Translations under genes and position numbers: made by a program
Assembly: GCA_000934665.2 (NCBI GenBank)
Contig: JYFJ02003845.1
Coordinates: 1-36,958, forward strand
Reading direction: 5' to 3'
Source: Catajapyx aquilonaris
Lineage: Eukaryota
DNA: 36,958 bases
The notes under the pieces: model-generated
Databases searched by the model: none
What the model was told of the DNA's origin: nothing
What the model saw: the letters and a program-made list of their open reading frames with translations, nothing else
Part shown: piece after piece, positions 7,853 through 19,800 of the stretch
How the letters are laid out: each line of letters opens with the position of its first letter
Position numbering within the stretch: the stretch's first letter is position 1

Positions 7853-10800
7853 CTGCGAACAGCAATTACGAGGGTGTAAGTTTCTAATTTCTTCAACCAC
7901 TAAGAACTTGCAGACTGAGCACTTACTTGCAGTCAACCCTGGACAAATGCAGAATCCTGGATTTTCCGGACCCGCATGGCTCTATCAGGAATCTGGAGGC
8001 CAGCACAATCCCCCTGATCCCTCCTGGCATCAGTGGTGCTGAGGGGTGCTCCACAGAAGTCTCAACTACAACGCAAGCCCCCCGAGGAAGATCATCCTTC
8101 CAGACCCGAAGCACCGAAAAGTCTCTGGTTGGCTGGCAGCCCATACTGGCCATCACATACTGGAATACATCAGCCTGCTTGTTCAGCTTGACTGCGACGC
8201 GCCACTTCAGGAGATGACGATCCCACAAGTGACGCTCACGGAGGAGCCGGCCAAGGAGCTCCACTGGAGGAGCTTCGACTTCTGTTGCCACACGGCACAA
8301 TCGCAGAGGATGACCATCGCCAACTTTCTTACACGCAATGTCCACCTGTGGATCATTAAGGGTGTTACTCCACATTCTCCACATGTTACAAGACTATTCA
8401 ACTGACCTGTGGGTCTGGTGACGTGATTGTGACCCATCCTCTTGTCCTCTCCCTGGCCTCCTTCAGCAGAGCTTGTATGCAGGCCTGCATGTACACTTCC
8501 CAATTCCCCATCCCCAACTCCTCCAAGCTGACTGGTATGCTCTGTTCCATGTATGTAAACCGGCACTGACTGGCCATGTCTTTTGGCACTGAAAACAACT
8601 GCCTCTGCTCACGGATCAGGTATTGCAGGCACTCGTGTGCTGCTTTGTTTTCACTCAAATCCCGCTGGTCTGGAACTCCAACAGTGCGGCGCCTTCTTGG
8701 AGATGCGCTGGTAGATCGTGGAGCTGCCACATGGAAGAGGGACGGTGCAAAGCAGACTGCCAGGTTTGATGCGGTCATCTGGTTCACGGAAGATGCAGCA
8801 GCCACTTCTCCCAAAAAGCTTAGCAGAGTGTGAAGAGCCTCACGGTTTTCGTCTGGGAGAAGCAGCAGGGCACACTGAACTGCTTCCAGGCGAAGTTCAG
8901 GTGGTAAGTCTGGAGAAGTAAAACAAAATGTTGGTAATTTCCATCACAGTTTCAACCTCAACCATAATCAAAAAAGCAAGAGACACAACTCACATTGGAA
9001 GATAGCAATGTATGTCTCAGAAAGCTTATTGGTCAGCAAGGCTTCTGGAAGCTCTCGGAAATACTGTTTGACCAGGTCGGCCACGTCGTAGGCCTGCTGA
9101 CCCTCGTAGTCCACGCCTTCAGCACTGTCAGACTGGTTCTCATTCTTTTGACGAAGCTTCTGGATGCGCGAACGAACTCCAGATTTCCGGAACAGGCCCA
9201 CCTGCAAGCACAACAATTTTACAGCATGGCCACAAATATTTGTACAAACGGTGTCATACCTGGTCAAATGCATTTAGTCGTAGGTATCTCAACGCTTGCT
9301 GTATAGACTTGGGAAGAGCTTGGCCTGTACGTTGCAGGATTAACAGCAGAGGAACACCAAACACCACTCGATCTGTAATCAAATCATTGTAATGGCTACA
9401 ACTGTGAGACTTATTCAATGGACTGACCTTTGTAGTCTGGGGCCTTGATCTTGCGAATAAACTTGGGCAGCTCCCAGTTCCATCCTGATCGGTGCGAAGG
9501 ACAGTATCGTTCCATCCAGGCAGTGAGTTTGAGCAGTGCCAGCTTCCGCAGCACCGACATTTGTCCTGCTGAGAGGCTGTTGAAGTCGGTCGGGGTTGGA
9601 GGCAATGGCGGACGGGAGATTGAAGGCCGGGACTGAAGGGAACATCTCTGGAAGCTGTGCCAACGCACCACGTTTGGACTGTGGAACACAGTTGGACAAT
9701 TAATTACTCAAGACCAGTTGACGTATATACAAGAAACTCACCCTTGTCTGTAGGCAACTTCTTCATGGTCCGACTGTCCTGTGCTCCCAGAACTACCAGT
9801 GCTGCTGTCACCTGTCAGGTCCGATGAACCAGACTTGTCTTCCCGTGACAGGTTCACATCTGAAACACACACCATCAATATATCCTCACCATTCAGAGCT
9901 ACACGTTATGCGTTCCTGGCACACAGAAAGTCTAACATCCAGGATAAACCGATAGTCAATATTTGATGCTACAACTCACTAGATGTGGTCCACAAATGAC
10001 GAAGCAGCAGCATCAAAAAATCAGTACCGGTACACCTCCTAACAGAACAAAGACTGGCAGCATCGCCCCTATCAGTCTGTCTTCTGGAGTGTGACGGACT
10101 AACAGGGCTTCAGTCATTAGATCCGGTACACCCTTCTCCTTCTTCTTCATCGCCCCTACCATCGAGGAAGATCCCATTTCTCCGTATGGTAGCCTAATGA
10201 GCAACGTTCCGGATGGCCACGAGCGCGTGCCCAGAACAAAAGCCTTGGGAGGACATCCTGCCAGGCCCCATTAAACCGCCCTTATTTATTATAATTTGAC
10301 CAGCGACCCTTTCCCTCCATGGCGAATACCACACCTGATGATGACCCAAACTTTTGCCAGCCTCGGACGTCGCATTTGATACATCGGTACGGCCTGCATC
10401 ACTCCTGATGGTCTCCACTACTCGCTCTCTCCCAAGTCCGCAACTTTTAATTAGACTAATGGGAGTGCCTTAATGGGGAAAGTCTGTTGCGGCTTGCTAC
10501 GGAATGTACTGTGGTTATAAGGCTTTTCTCTGGGCAGCAGCACCCATGGGTTGGGTTGACCCTCGACCTCTACCGGGTTGACGTCAGCTTAGATACTTGA
10601 CCACTTACGACCAGTTTCTAATGATGCAAACTTGCCAAGTTGACATTGGGCTAATTGGAGGATCGTAATCTAGCTTGGTGGCTACACCCAAGAGTTAACC
10701 TTTGCCTTAAAGATCTTAAAGATGTAACCTTGGCACATTTGTCAGCTAACAAGGGCAATCATTGTTGAGAGCACAACAATAACTCTTTGTCCAGCAACAC

Positions 10801-13800
10801 CTATTTGATGCATCTATATGAGCGTCGACAGTGCCAAAATCATTATAGCAACTGTTTTGCAGTAAACACACCGTTCAATATATTATGAACCAATGTGCAA
10901 AACAAGCATGGCGGGCCGTCACGAGTTGACCACAAATGGACACGGATGGACTTTGTGTTCCACACCGCTCCAGTTTAGCAGCTGACAGCATTTGGCATGA
11001 CTGGGTATGATCGGGACATAATTGGGTCCCGGAGTGTACTTTAAAGGTTTTCGATTTGCAGGCTCCGGTATCAAGGGAGGGAGAGAAAAGCTTCGGGTTT
11101 CCACCGCTGGGAGAGCGAGCATTCAGTTTTAAGAGCAGGTTGATGTCCTAATTAATTCCTAATGCAGTTACGAAACAAAGCTGGTAGCCTACCTGAATCT
11201 TCCTGATTGGCTTCGTCGTCTCTGGAGTCGCGCCTCTCTTCCTGGAAGCTTCGATTGCAGATGACAACAGGTACGTTGTCGTAGTAGCTTCGACGGCCCT
11301 TCTTCTGCTTCCTGTCCACCTCTTCGTCATCCGCGTCGTCGTCGTCCTCCGAGCCTTCCTCGTCCTCCTTTCGTATGTGCAGAGGCGGAGGTTGCAAGAG
11401 GCTCTCGTCGTTCCTGATGGCAACTACAAGGACAAATTCTAAGTGTAAAGTAACGGCAAAGTTAGAAAGTTTGAGTATAATTTCGATGTGACCAACCTGT
11501 CTTGGAGGAGCTCTTCCGCCTTGGTGCCGACGAGTCTTTGCTGATGCTGGCAGCCCTGATGTGCACCGACGGCCTGTGCCTGCTTCCAGACCTCTTCTTC
11601 CTCGCCTTTTGCTCAGCATTGTCATCCTCCTGAAACAGTGCAGGTGAAGCGTGTGTGTGGGACATCGGAGCTGTCCAGTACTCACCTCTTCGTCTTCCTC
11701 CTCCACGGGATTGTTGCTGATGGGCTTCCTTCCAAGCCTGGGCCCTGCGCTGAGGCTGAAGATTCCAGCCTCCTGGACCACCCTGAGGAAGTCGGCGTCG
11801 GAGTCACCGTCGGCGTGCAGCCAACGACGTGTCGGGCTGCACTCCGAGTCGGAATAGGCGCCGGCATCCTCCCGACGAGCCACGGTCAGCTGTGCCCGGC
11901 TCCTGCCCGTCGACAGCGTCGTTGTCATGGTCAACGTCGTGCTAGTCGTCGGGCACGTCGACGTAACCACTCGAGGCGCAAACAACGGCGTGCTTTGTTG
12001 GCTCCACTCCGACGCCGACGTCGACGCCGTCACATACGTCGAGCTCTCCTCCGTAAACGCCGGCTGAAACACCATTTTTATTTATCTAACTAGCTTCGTT
12101 CGCATCGCAAACAATATACGGAAGGCCAATCAGCAACACGTTGGATTTTAATATTATATATAATTCTAATTAATTACCCCTGGTTGTCCCTTCTGCTTGG
12201 GACTGACTTCCGGACTAGCGTTGTGACTGGTCGGTGGCGTGATGTCGACGCAGTTCAGGTCCTTCATCCTCTGCTGCATTGTGGCCAGATCCACAATCTG
12301 CGGCCCGCTGATGACGATGGCCTCCCTGTTGGCCTTCTTCTTCCGACGGCTCTTCAGGCTCTCCATCCGCCGAAGAAGAGCTTTGGCACCGTCTGAACCA
12401 CACCCAAATTTTTAAAAACTCTCATCCTTCCATCTTTCCAGCATCTTTTTACCTTTGAGCCTCTCACTGCCACTCCTTTTGAAGCTGAGACTGGCCGTTC
12501 CACCTCCGCTGCTCTCTTTCTCTGAAGGTTCCTTCTCATCGGGGGCAATGATGAGAGGCTCTCCCAGAGGAAGGATTTCGATACGATGGACCCCAGTGAT
12601 GGTCGAGTCTCGACGACCTCCAGGTTGGCCAGAGTCGGGCATGCTATCCGAGCTGCCGGCTGGAAATGTACGGGAGTTTCAAATGACACACCCTGTATTG
12701 TTGGAATGTTTGACAAAGTTTCACCCCCTGTGTCAAGAATGTGCCAAGCAGGCTCTGGTACCAAGTAATATTTACAGACACTATAGCAGGGACAGATCTT
12801 TGTGCTCTTGCTTCGGTGTGTGCCTAGGGTGTTTTCTCAGGAGAAAAGCAGGTCAGTGTGCATGTCTTTGTTGTGATTCTCAAAAGGCACAGTATTAAGT
12901 GCTTACGTTTCCTCTTGGTCTTTGTTGTTTTGCTCGAAACGTCGCAGTGAGCTCGCTTTGAAGTATTAAAAAATATACCGTATTTCGAAACACAGTAAAT
13001 ATCATTTTGCCTCGGTTCTGACAAAAATGTAAACAGTTTTATATAACGCATCTGACAGTCGGTTTACAGAGTGACAATCACGTTGTCCTGTATGTTCCGG
13101 ACTCTTTTGAAAATCGAGCTGACAGCCATGCACACAAGCTGGACATAGGACACTCCAAATACAGAGTATGGTCCAGAGTCAATGTGTGCAACCCTATAAA
13201 CACCAGCTTGGTTCACACCATACCAACCCACAAGACAAAGACAACAATGTGAACCCAGCTTAAGACCGGACCATGCATGAATCACTCAAAAAAATAAAAT
13301 ACATTCCCTCTATATTGACGCGTTTCATCCCACACAGAGCATGGATCAACTCTGTTTAATCTGCTTAGCGGAAAGCTAGCTTTCCGCTCTGAAACACTAC
13401 ATTTCAATATATGAATGTTCAGTATAATCCGACGGATCAAAGTGCAAAATAGTTCGCAGTTGAACGAACCATTTAATGCAATCGTAAATGCCGATGGACA
13501 CCCGAAACAATCAGGGATTACCAGCTAAAAAATGGCACCCCAAATTTTTAAACAGTTTTTAATTTTTAAAAATACGAATTCCTTCTCATTCAAAGAGCGA
13601 CTGCATGTAATCTAATTACGCAAAGGATCAGGAGAGATCTGATTAGCATTTGAGAACCAACGCTTGTTCCTCATCCACTCTGGCTCTCCCATGTCACCAG
13701 CACAGTGCTCCAATTAGCACCAAAAGCCCTGGTATCGCAAGGGAACAGAACTCCAGGCCATAATTCAACGGATACGTGTCCATTGCAAGCGTCGGCACTT

Positions 13801-16800
13801 TTTTTTTCGAGTTTCAGTACGACACTATAGAGGCGACAAGCCAGACTCAAAATCCACTTACCGCTGACGTGACTTCTGGCTGCGATGACGAACTCGTCGT
13901 CTCCCGTCACCACTCGCGACCAACGTCGGGAATGTCGTTGAAACGTCCAATTCTCACTCAGGGCACACGGCTCTTCTTCGTCAGACTCTTCTACCTGTTA
14001 AGAACCATTTAATGTCTAATAAATATCACAATATTTTTTTTGTTATATTTTAATGAACATATCCTACATATAGGACGATCGGAATATCTTGATTATAAAT
14101 AAATAAATAGTGGTAAGTACCTTCACCACAAAAAAAACCAATCTAATCCAGTCGATTAAACTGCCCTCCAACCCTTGCCATTTGCACCACTCTACACATC
14201 GTGCACACGGGATCTATTTTGATACCCGTCGATGGAAATATCACGGGTCACGTTACGCTAGAGAGAAGCGATATTCGATGACGATTGGCCGTATAAATCA
14301 GGAAGAAACTTCAGAGTGGCCCAAACGGATTATCTCACTTGCGATGGGCATAAATCCGTTACTCTGGGTGTTAAAATGGCTATATTTACATTGGCCATGT
14401 CCTAAATATATATCAGCGCGGGGTGGGGAGGGGGGGGGGTGTTAGTCTCCCAGCCGATTTTCTGCTGAGGATTTCCCCCCTCATACTGCAATCTGGATGT
14501 TTGGAGTTCTCAAACAGTGTACCTGCGCGGGATGGCTCAGAAAATTGAATTCCTCTCGACCTCCCAACGTCATCAGGGGGAACTCCCAACGACGCCATGA
14601 CGTCAGCACTCTTATATCCCTAACACCCGGGGAACCTTTTATTATTAATAATATCAATTCAGGTATTGGACGTCATTCTATAGGTTGAGTAAATAACTCT
14701 AGTTATTAATAGTAGTTTTTTTTAAAACCACTCTGGAAGTGGAGGGGTGTGTTGCATTATACATTTTTTAAATGCAAAATTAGCTGCAATATTTGCTCGG
14801 CTTGATAACTTTTCCTCCTGTTTGGTTATTATGCTGACTGGTCCTAAAACGAGGACGGCAGCTTTTGTGGGTATATATAGAACCCTACTATTTCCATGCA
14901 TTGCGAAATTAGAACCGGTGTATGAAGGCTTTTAACACGAGCGTCAGCAATCAACGGTGATAATGTGGGACCCAGTAAAAAGGTTGCAAAAGGTGTTGTT
15001 TTAACCAATAATTACCTTCCGACTACGACTGGAACACTGTTGCAAACAGATTTTCCGGACCTATGATAACATTAGAGCCTGCAGGTACGGACAGTTAATT
15101 GCAGCGATGTCATCAGGCTCTATTTTTTCAACAAAAAAAATCTGTAATCTGCAGTGCACAGTTTTGGCAGGTTTTGCTATAATGGCCCGTTTCGTCATAT
15201 CATCAGAGACAATCAGGCCTTTCATAATGGTTTCCTCTCGTCCAAAACCGCAAATTTGGCACCATCCTGTGTCATTCCGTCGAAGAGTGGACCCAACCCA
15301 GACCAGTCGTCATCTCTCCTGGGCCTTCTTTCTTTTCATTTCTGGAAGGCACTTCCATCTTGAGTGCCATACCAGCACAGTACAGTAGCTTCGTAGAGCC
15401 CATGGAGTGTTTCCATTATCCGGAGTCGCCCCCCCCCCTCCTTTCTATAACCAGATTGCTTTTGTGTGAGCATGTTGGAGCCAAAAAGGGGAGGCAGGCA
15501 GGTGAGAGGAAGCATCCAGCATCCACTTCAAATTGGCACTGAGAAGTCTGAGAGAGACTCCCGTTTTGCAAAATAGGATTTCGACCTGCGGGTTCCTTTC
15601 CGGAACATTTTTGGACGCCAATTTTGAAGCTGCTATTGAAAATGGACACTTCTATCAGATTCCCAGGGTGGAGAAGCGATAGGAAATAGGATTACGGATT
15701 TTTTTTTCTCCGTAAAAAAAATCCAGTGAGATAAACGGAATTTGGAACTGTTGACTATACCCAACTATTTTTCTGTATGAACTATTTGAAGAGCAATAAC
15801 TCGTCTGATGTTCAATTATAAATTCTGCTTTATGCACAGTAAGGGATAGCCAACCAATCCGGTCATTATGTACATCTTTGAAACCCTTGATTCAAAAGCC
15901 GGAGTTTGAATGGGTCCCACGCAAGGGTATTACGCCCACCCATTTCCAACAGCTTCCCTTTTCTGGGCGATGTAACTTCTTAATGCAGACTATAGCTAGC
16001 TAGTCTTTGGTTGCATATACACAAAGAGAGCCAGGCTCTTCTCAAATAGATGCAACTGCCGGCCCAATTTTCTAGAATTCACTCCAGGTATACCACTAGG
16101 GAATAGAGCTCAGCTCGCTCAACTTAGAGGTAGTAGATCAAAATAATGGAATTACAAGTACATCTCTTTTTTCAGAGGAAACAAACTACTCAGGGTATTA
16201 TTTTGGGAGTATACTTTTTTTTGCCATTTTCCATTTGCCTGTATGTAACCCCCGGGCCCATTGCGCCCATGGCATGTTTATGAAACAAGCAGTGCTGACC
16301 AATACAATCGCGCAATGACAGTAACGAGGAAAATAATTCCCTCACTGACGTTAACACTGGTGAAAAAAATCGTCTCTTTATATAAATTAGTCCTACTGTT
16401 TGGCCAAAACTTTTTCGCGCAAAAATAATACCTCCACTGCACTGCTCGAAAAGGTGTGTTAAAAAGGGCAAAGTTGAGGTCTCTCTGAAACCTCCCAAAT
16501 TGCGTGCCTGACCCCACCTGGTCGCTTCCCAAGCGTCCCCTTTTGTGTCGAGGCCAGCCCTTCATCATCAAGCCAACGTCTAGCCAAACGACGTCACCAA
16601 ACTAAACGTATATTCAAAAATTGAAGCGATTGGGGGGGTCAAACCCTGGTCAAACTTATAACAAAAAAAAATCTCTGTGACTATAATTTATGTCGGGCTC
16701 AAATGAACTATTTTAACAGATAACCGCCTGCCATTTGGATGATGCAAAACAATAGAGAATTTGGATGGGTTCCTAGGAGATGCCAGCTCAGCAAAAGTTT

Positions 16801-19800
16801 TCCAATTAACGGTCCTCCAGCTTTAAGAATGGGCGTCTACCACACCTAAAAATTCTATCTATTAGCAAGGGACCTGTTTAAGTCAGGAAATTGGGACAAC
16901 GAGGGAAAATTGGCTCTCCCATGAAACAGACGTCCACAACCGGGAATTCACGTCAATATCCAATTGCATTAACGGGGGAAGGGGAACATTTCAGGAAACG
17001 AAGCCTACTTCATAACGTCATAAACAGGAAAGCAAGTTAGAGGATGTTTGTCCAATTCACCCAATTTCAATTGTGTTAAATTTTAATGTCAGTGTCGAGC
17101 ATGGGGAAAACAAGTAAATATTTTCATTTAAAAAAATTATATACTTACAGGCTTGCTGGGCAATGTGTCCAGCTTCATCTTGGCACATCGGTTGAGCGCA
17201 TGGAGACGCCTGAACAGCGACTGAAGCGCGTCTGGATCCAAGAAAGGATGGTCCTGCTGAACTGCACTTACATCGATAGGAAACTGGAAGTCTGAAACAT
17301 TTGGTGTATATAGATCAGAGTGGGGCAGTGGAGCAAAATGTGATGCACCCTGAAGGAAAGATGAAGAGGAAGGAAACTTATCCAATTACTAATGCGATAT
17401 GGTGCATGGAATGGGAGCCAAATTTTTTCTCCATTTTCAGCAAGGAAAAAAAATGGTCCGTTGTATAAAGGACCCCTTGCTCCATTATAAGGCGGCTTGC
17501 TCTGGCGGAACTAATGGTATTAGCCACGCGCCGGGAATAAAATTTTAATTGGCTGGCAAAGTGTCTCGCAGAAAGGTGTCGTAGGTGATGGCAGATTTTT
17601 TTTAGCTGTTACGCTACATAGATTCTGATGCTTATGTCCCCCCCAAAAAAATGTATGCAACTGCAGTAATTTCACAGCCATATGTTTGACTTGGTGAAGC
17701 AATTTGTATCAGTGTCGTCAAGGAGTGATTCATCAACTAGATCCTGTGGCGTGACGCAGAAACTTGCTAACTACCTGCCACAATATTGCAACTTTACATC
17801 ATTAGAGAGCTTGTCTAATTAAGGTAAGGCTATTCATTTTAGTTCATTCCATTGCAAAAGGTGAAGGGGGGGGGGAAGGAGTTATGCAAATGATAATTTT
17901 CATTTAGTCGGAACTGAAATCAGGTCGGCAGTTTGACTAGTATTAATGTGATGGTTCCTAATAATTAAGGAGGAGTTTTTTTCCAGGAAATAAGCTGTTT
18001 CATTAAACTCTCATTTTTACAAAAATAATATTCCTGGCAAACTTTCATTAATCACTTTATAAACTCATTAAATTGCTGAACCTCTTCAACTGAGCCATAA
18101 CTCTATAACATCTTCCCGCTGTGAGAGGAAAGCGAGTGCCAAATTCATAAATATTCATATCCAGTTCATAAGCACAGGTTGATGCAAAAATTCCATGACG
18201 AAATTTGGCCAATTTTGAACCCATTTTGGATGTAATTTGTCCGACATTTCCCAAATTTCGTAAGCACATTTTACAACACCATGTACATAAAATCTGGTCT
18301 TACCTTCGTACATCTGGGCATACTGAGGAAATCCAGCAGCTCTCAACCATTTGCAGGCTTCCACAGCTTCGATTTCTGCAAAGAAAAAAAAACATCAAAA
18401 AATTACTTCGCAATATTCATCATCATCATCATCACCATATTAAGCATTTTCCTACATGTGAATGTAATAGTTGGCACAGAGAGCAGCAAACAAAATTATG
18501 GCTGCTCCCCTAGAGGCAATAGAGAATCGATTTCCAATGAAAGTATGAATTACCCGCCTCCGGCAACTTTTTCATTGAGTCCTGCTCTCCAACCAACCCG
18601 TCTCAAACACATGTGCTACACTTTTACCACCGTCGAATCGACTGCAGCCATCACCTGTATTCTGCCAAAGACAGCTACACAAAAAAAACAGGTGATGGGT
18701 GGGGGGGGGGGGGGGTCCCNGGGTCCCTCCCACACTTTCGATTCACACCTCTTGAAAAGAAAACCCCTAGAGTGACAAGAATGATAAAAAAAGGACACTT
18801 TAGGATCGCAAAAGGTTGGTGGCCTTTCTGGTCGAATCTATTTTTCAGAAGATCTCAATGGAGCAAATGTCTCCGTAGGTGGTGTGACCTGGAGCTAAAT
18901 GTCCTCTAATGCAACGTAGCATATAAGTTCAAAAAAAAGTGAGATAAGCAAAGTATGCAGATTATACAACAGTTTGAATCGTTATGATACACCCTGTACG
19001 TGTTATAATGATTTGGTGAGTAGTTAGAGCGGCAATAAGCGGTTTCCCCCACCCAGAAGCCATAAATCTAGTAGCAAATAAAAAAAATAGCGACCACTAG
19101 CAAATTGAACTGATCGGTTCCCAATCAAAATGGGATAATATATTAATTGCAACTCACACAGATTATCCGCACGAATTGAATAATTGGTTTCTGCGCTTAA
19201 TAAAAAAATGTGGCGCCAAATATTGACTTGCAGCAAATTGCATGCCATTTATTGGCACAAAAATGAAGTACTGGTGCAGTCAATACATGCTAACAAAATC
19301 GTTTACGCACTTCATTAGATGCCATTAATATGGTGTGAATTTGTAGGCTAAGGTACTTGGATTTTAAACAATGCGGTCAGTTGTAATCTGGTATGTCATT
19401 TGAACCTTACAAATCCAGAGCACGCGTATATATTAAAGCTAATTTTCGCAATAAAACTCCTTTTGAAGGATGATTATTTTGTAACCAGATACTACTAGTG
19501 CAGGTGTAGGTTTTCAGAAAGAAAGAACTTCATCTACGTGAGGTATGCCAAGCGTAAATGAGTGCTCTACACAAAGAAAAGAGAGTGACTCTTGGTCCAC
19601 CACATGAAACCCTCCGAAGTCTTTGATGTACGGGATATATAAAAAAAGAAGGCTTACATGTGAAAAGGCATGCGACAAAGTAACCAGAGTGCATGCAGTA
19701 CAAAAATGTGATGAGATTGCTTTTAAAATGTAATATTCAAAGGCAGCTCTTATGCACCTTATACAGTTCAACGGCATGTGAACAATGCAGAGGCGCGTAT

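Noticed and set aside
10150..10197. HDV-ribozyme-like P1/P3/L3 arrangement on minus
   Set aside because: P1 has only 5 bp without the G1 pair; no J4/2 or P2 3' strand.
11638..12093. 151-aa plus-strand ORF and other antisense ORFs over both genes
   Set aside because: Shadow ORFs of GC-rich coding exons.
13064..13285. Minus-strand 73-aa ORF as an extra cv-c exon
   Set aside because: No phase-compatible splice sites; the flanking exons join in frame without it.
15189..15206. CTGATGA-TATGAC-GAAAC on minus (minimal hammerhead look-alike)
   Set aside because: Stem II closing pair is mismatched and stems I and III do not form.
18696..18777. Poly-G run with an N at 18720, and a 17-bp motif found inverted at 23278-23293
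   Set aside because: The N marks assembly uncertainty; the similarity is too short and flanks do not fit paired termini.
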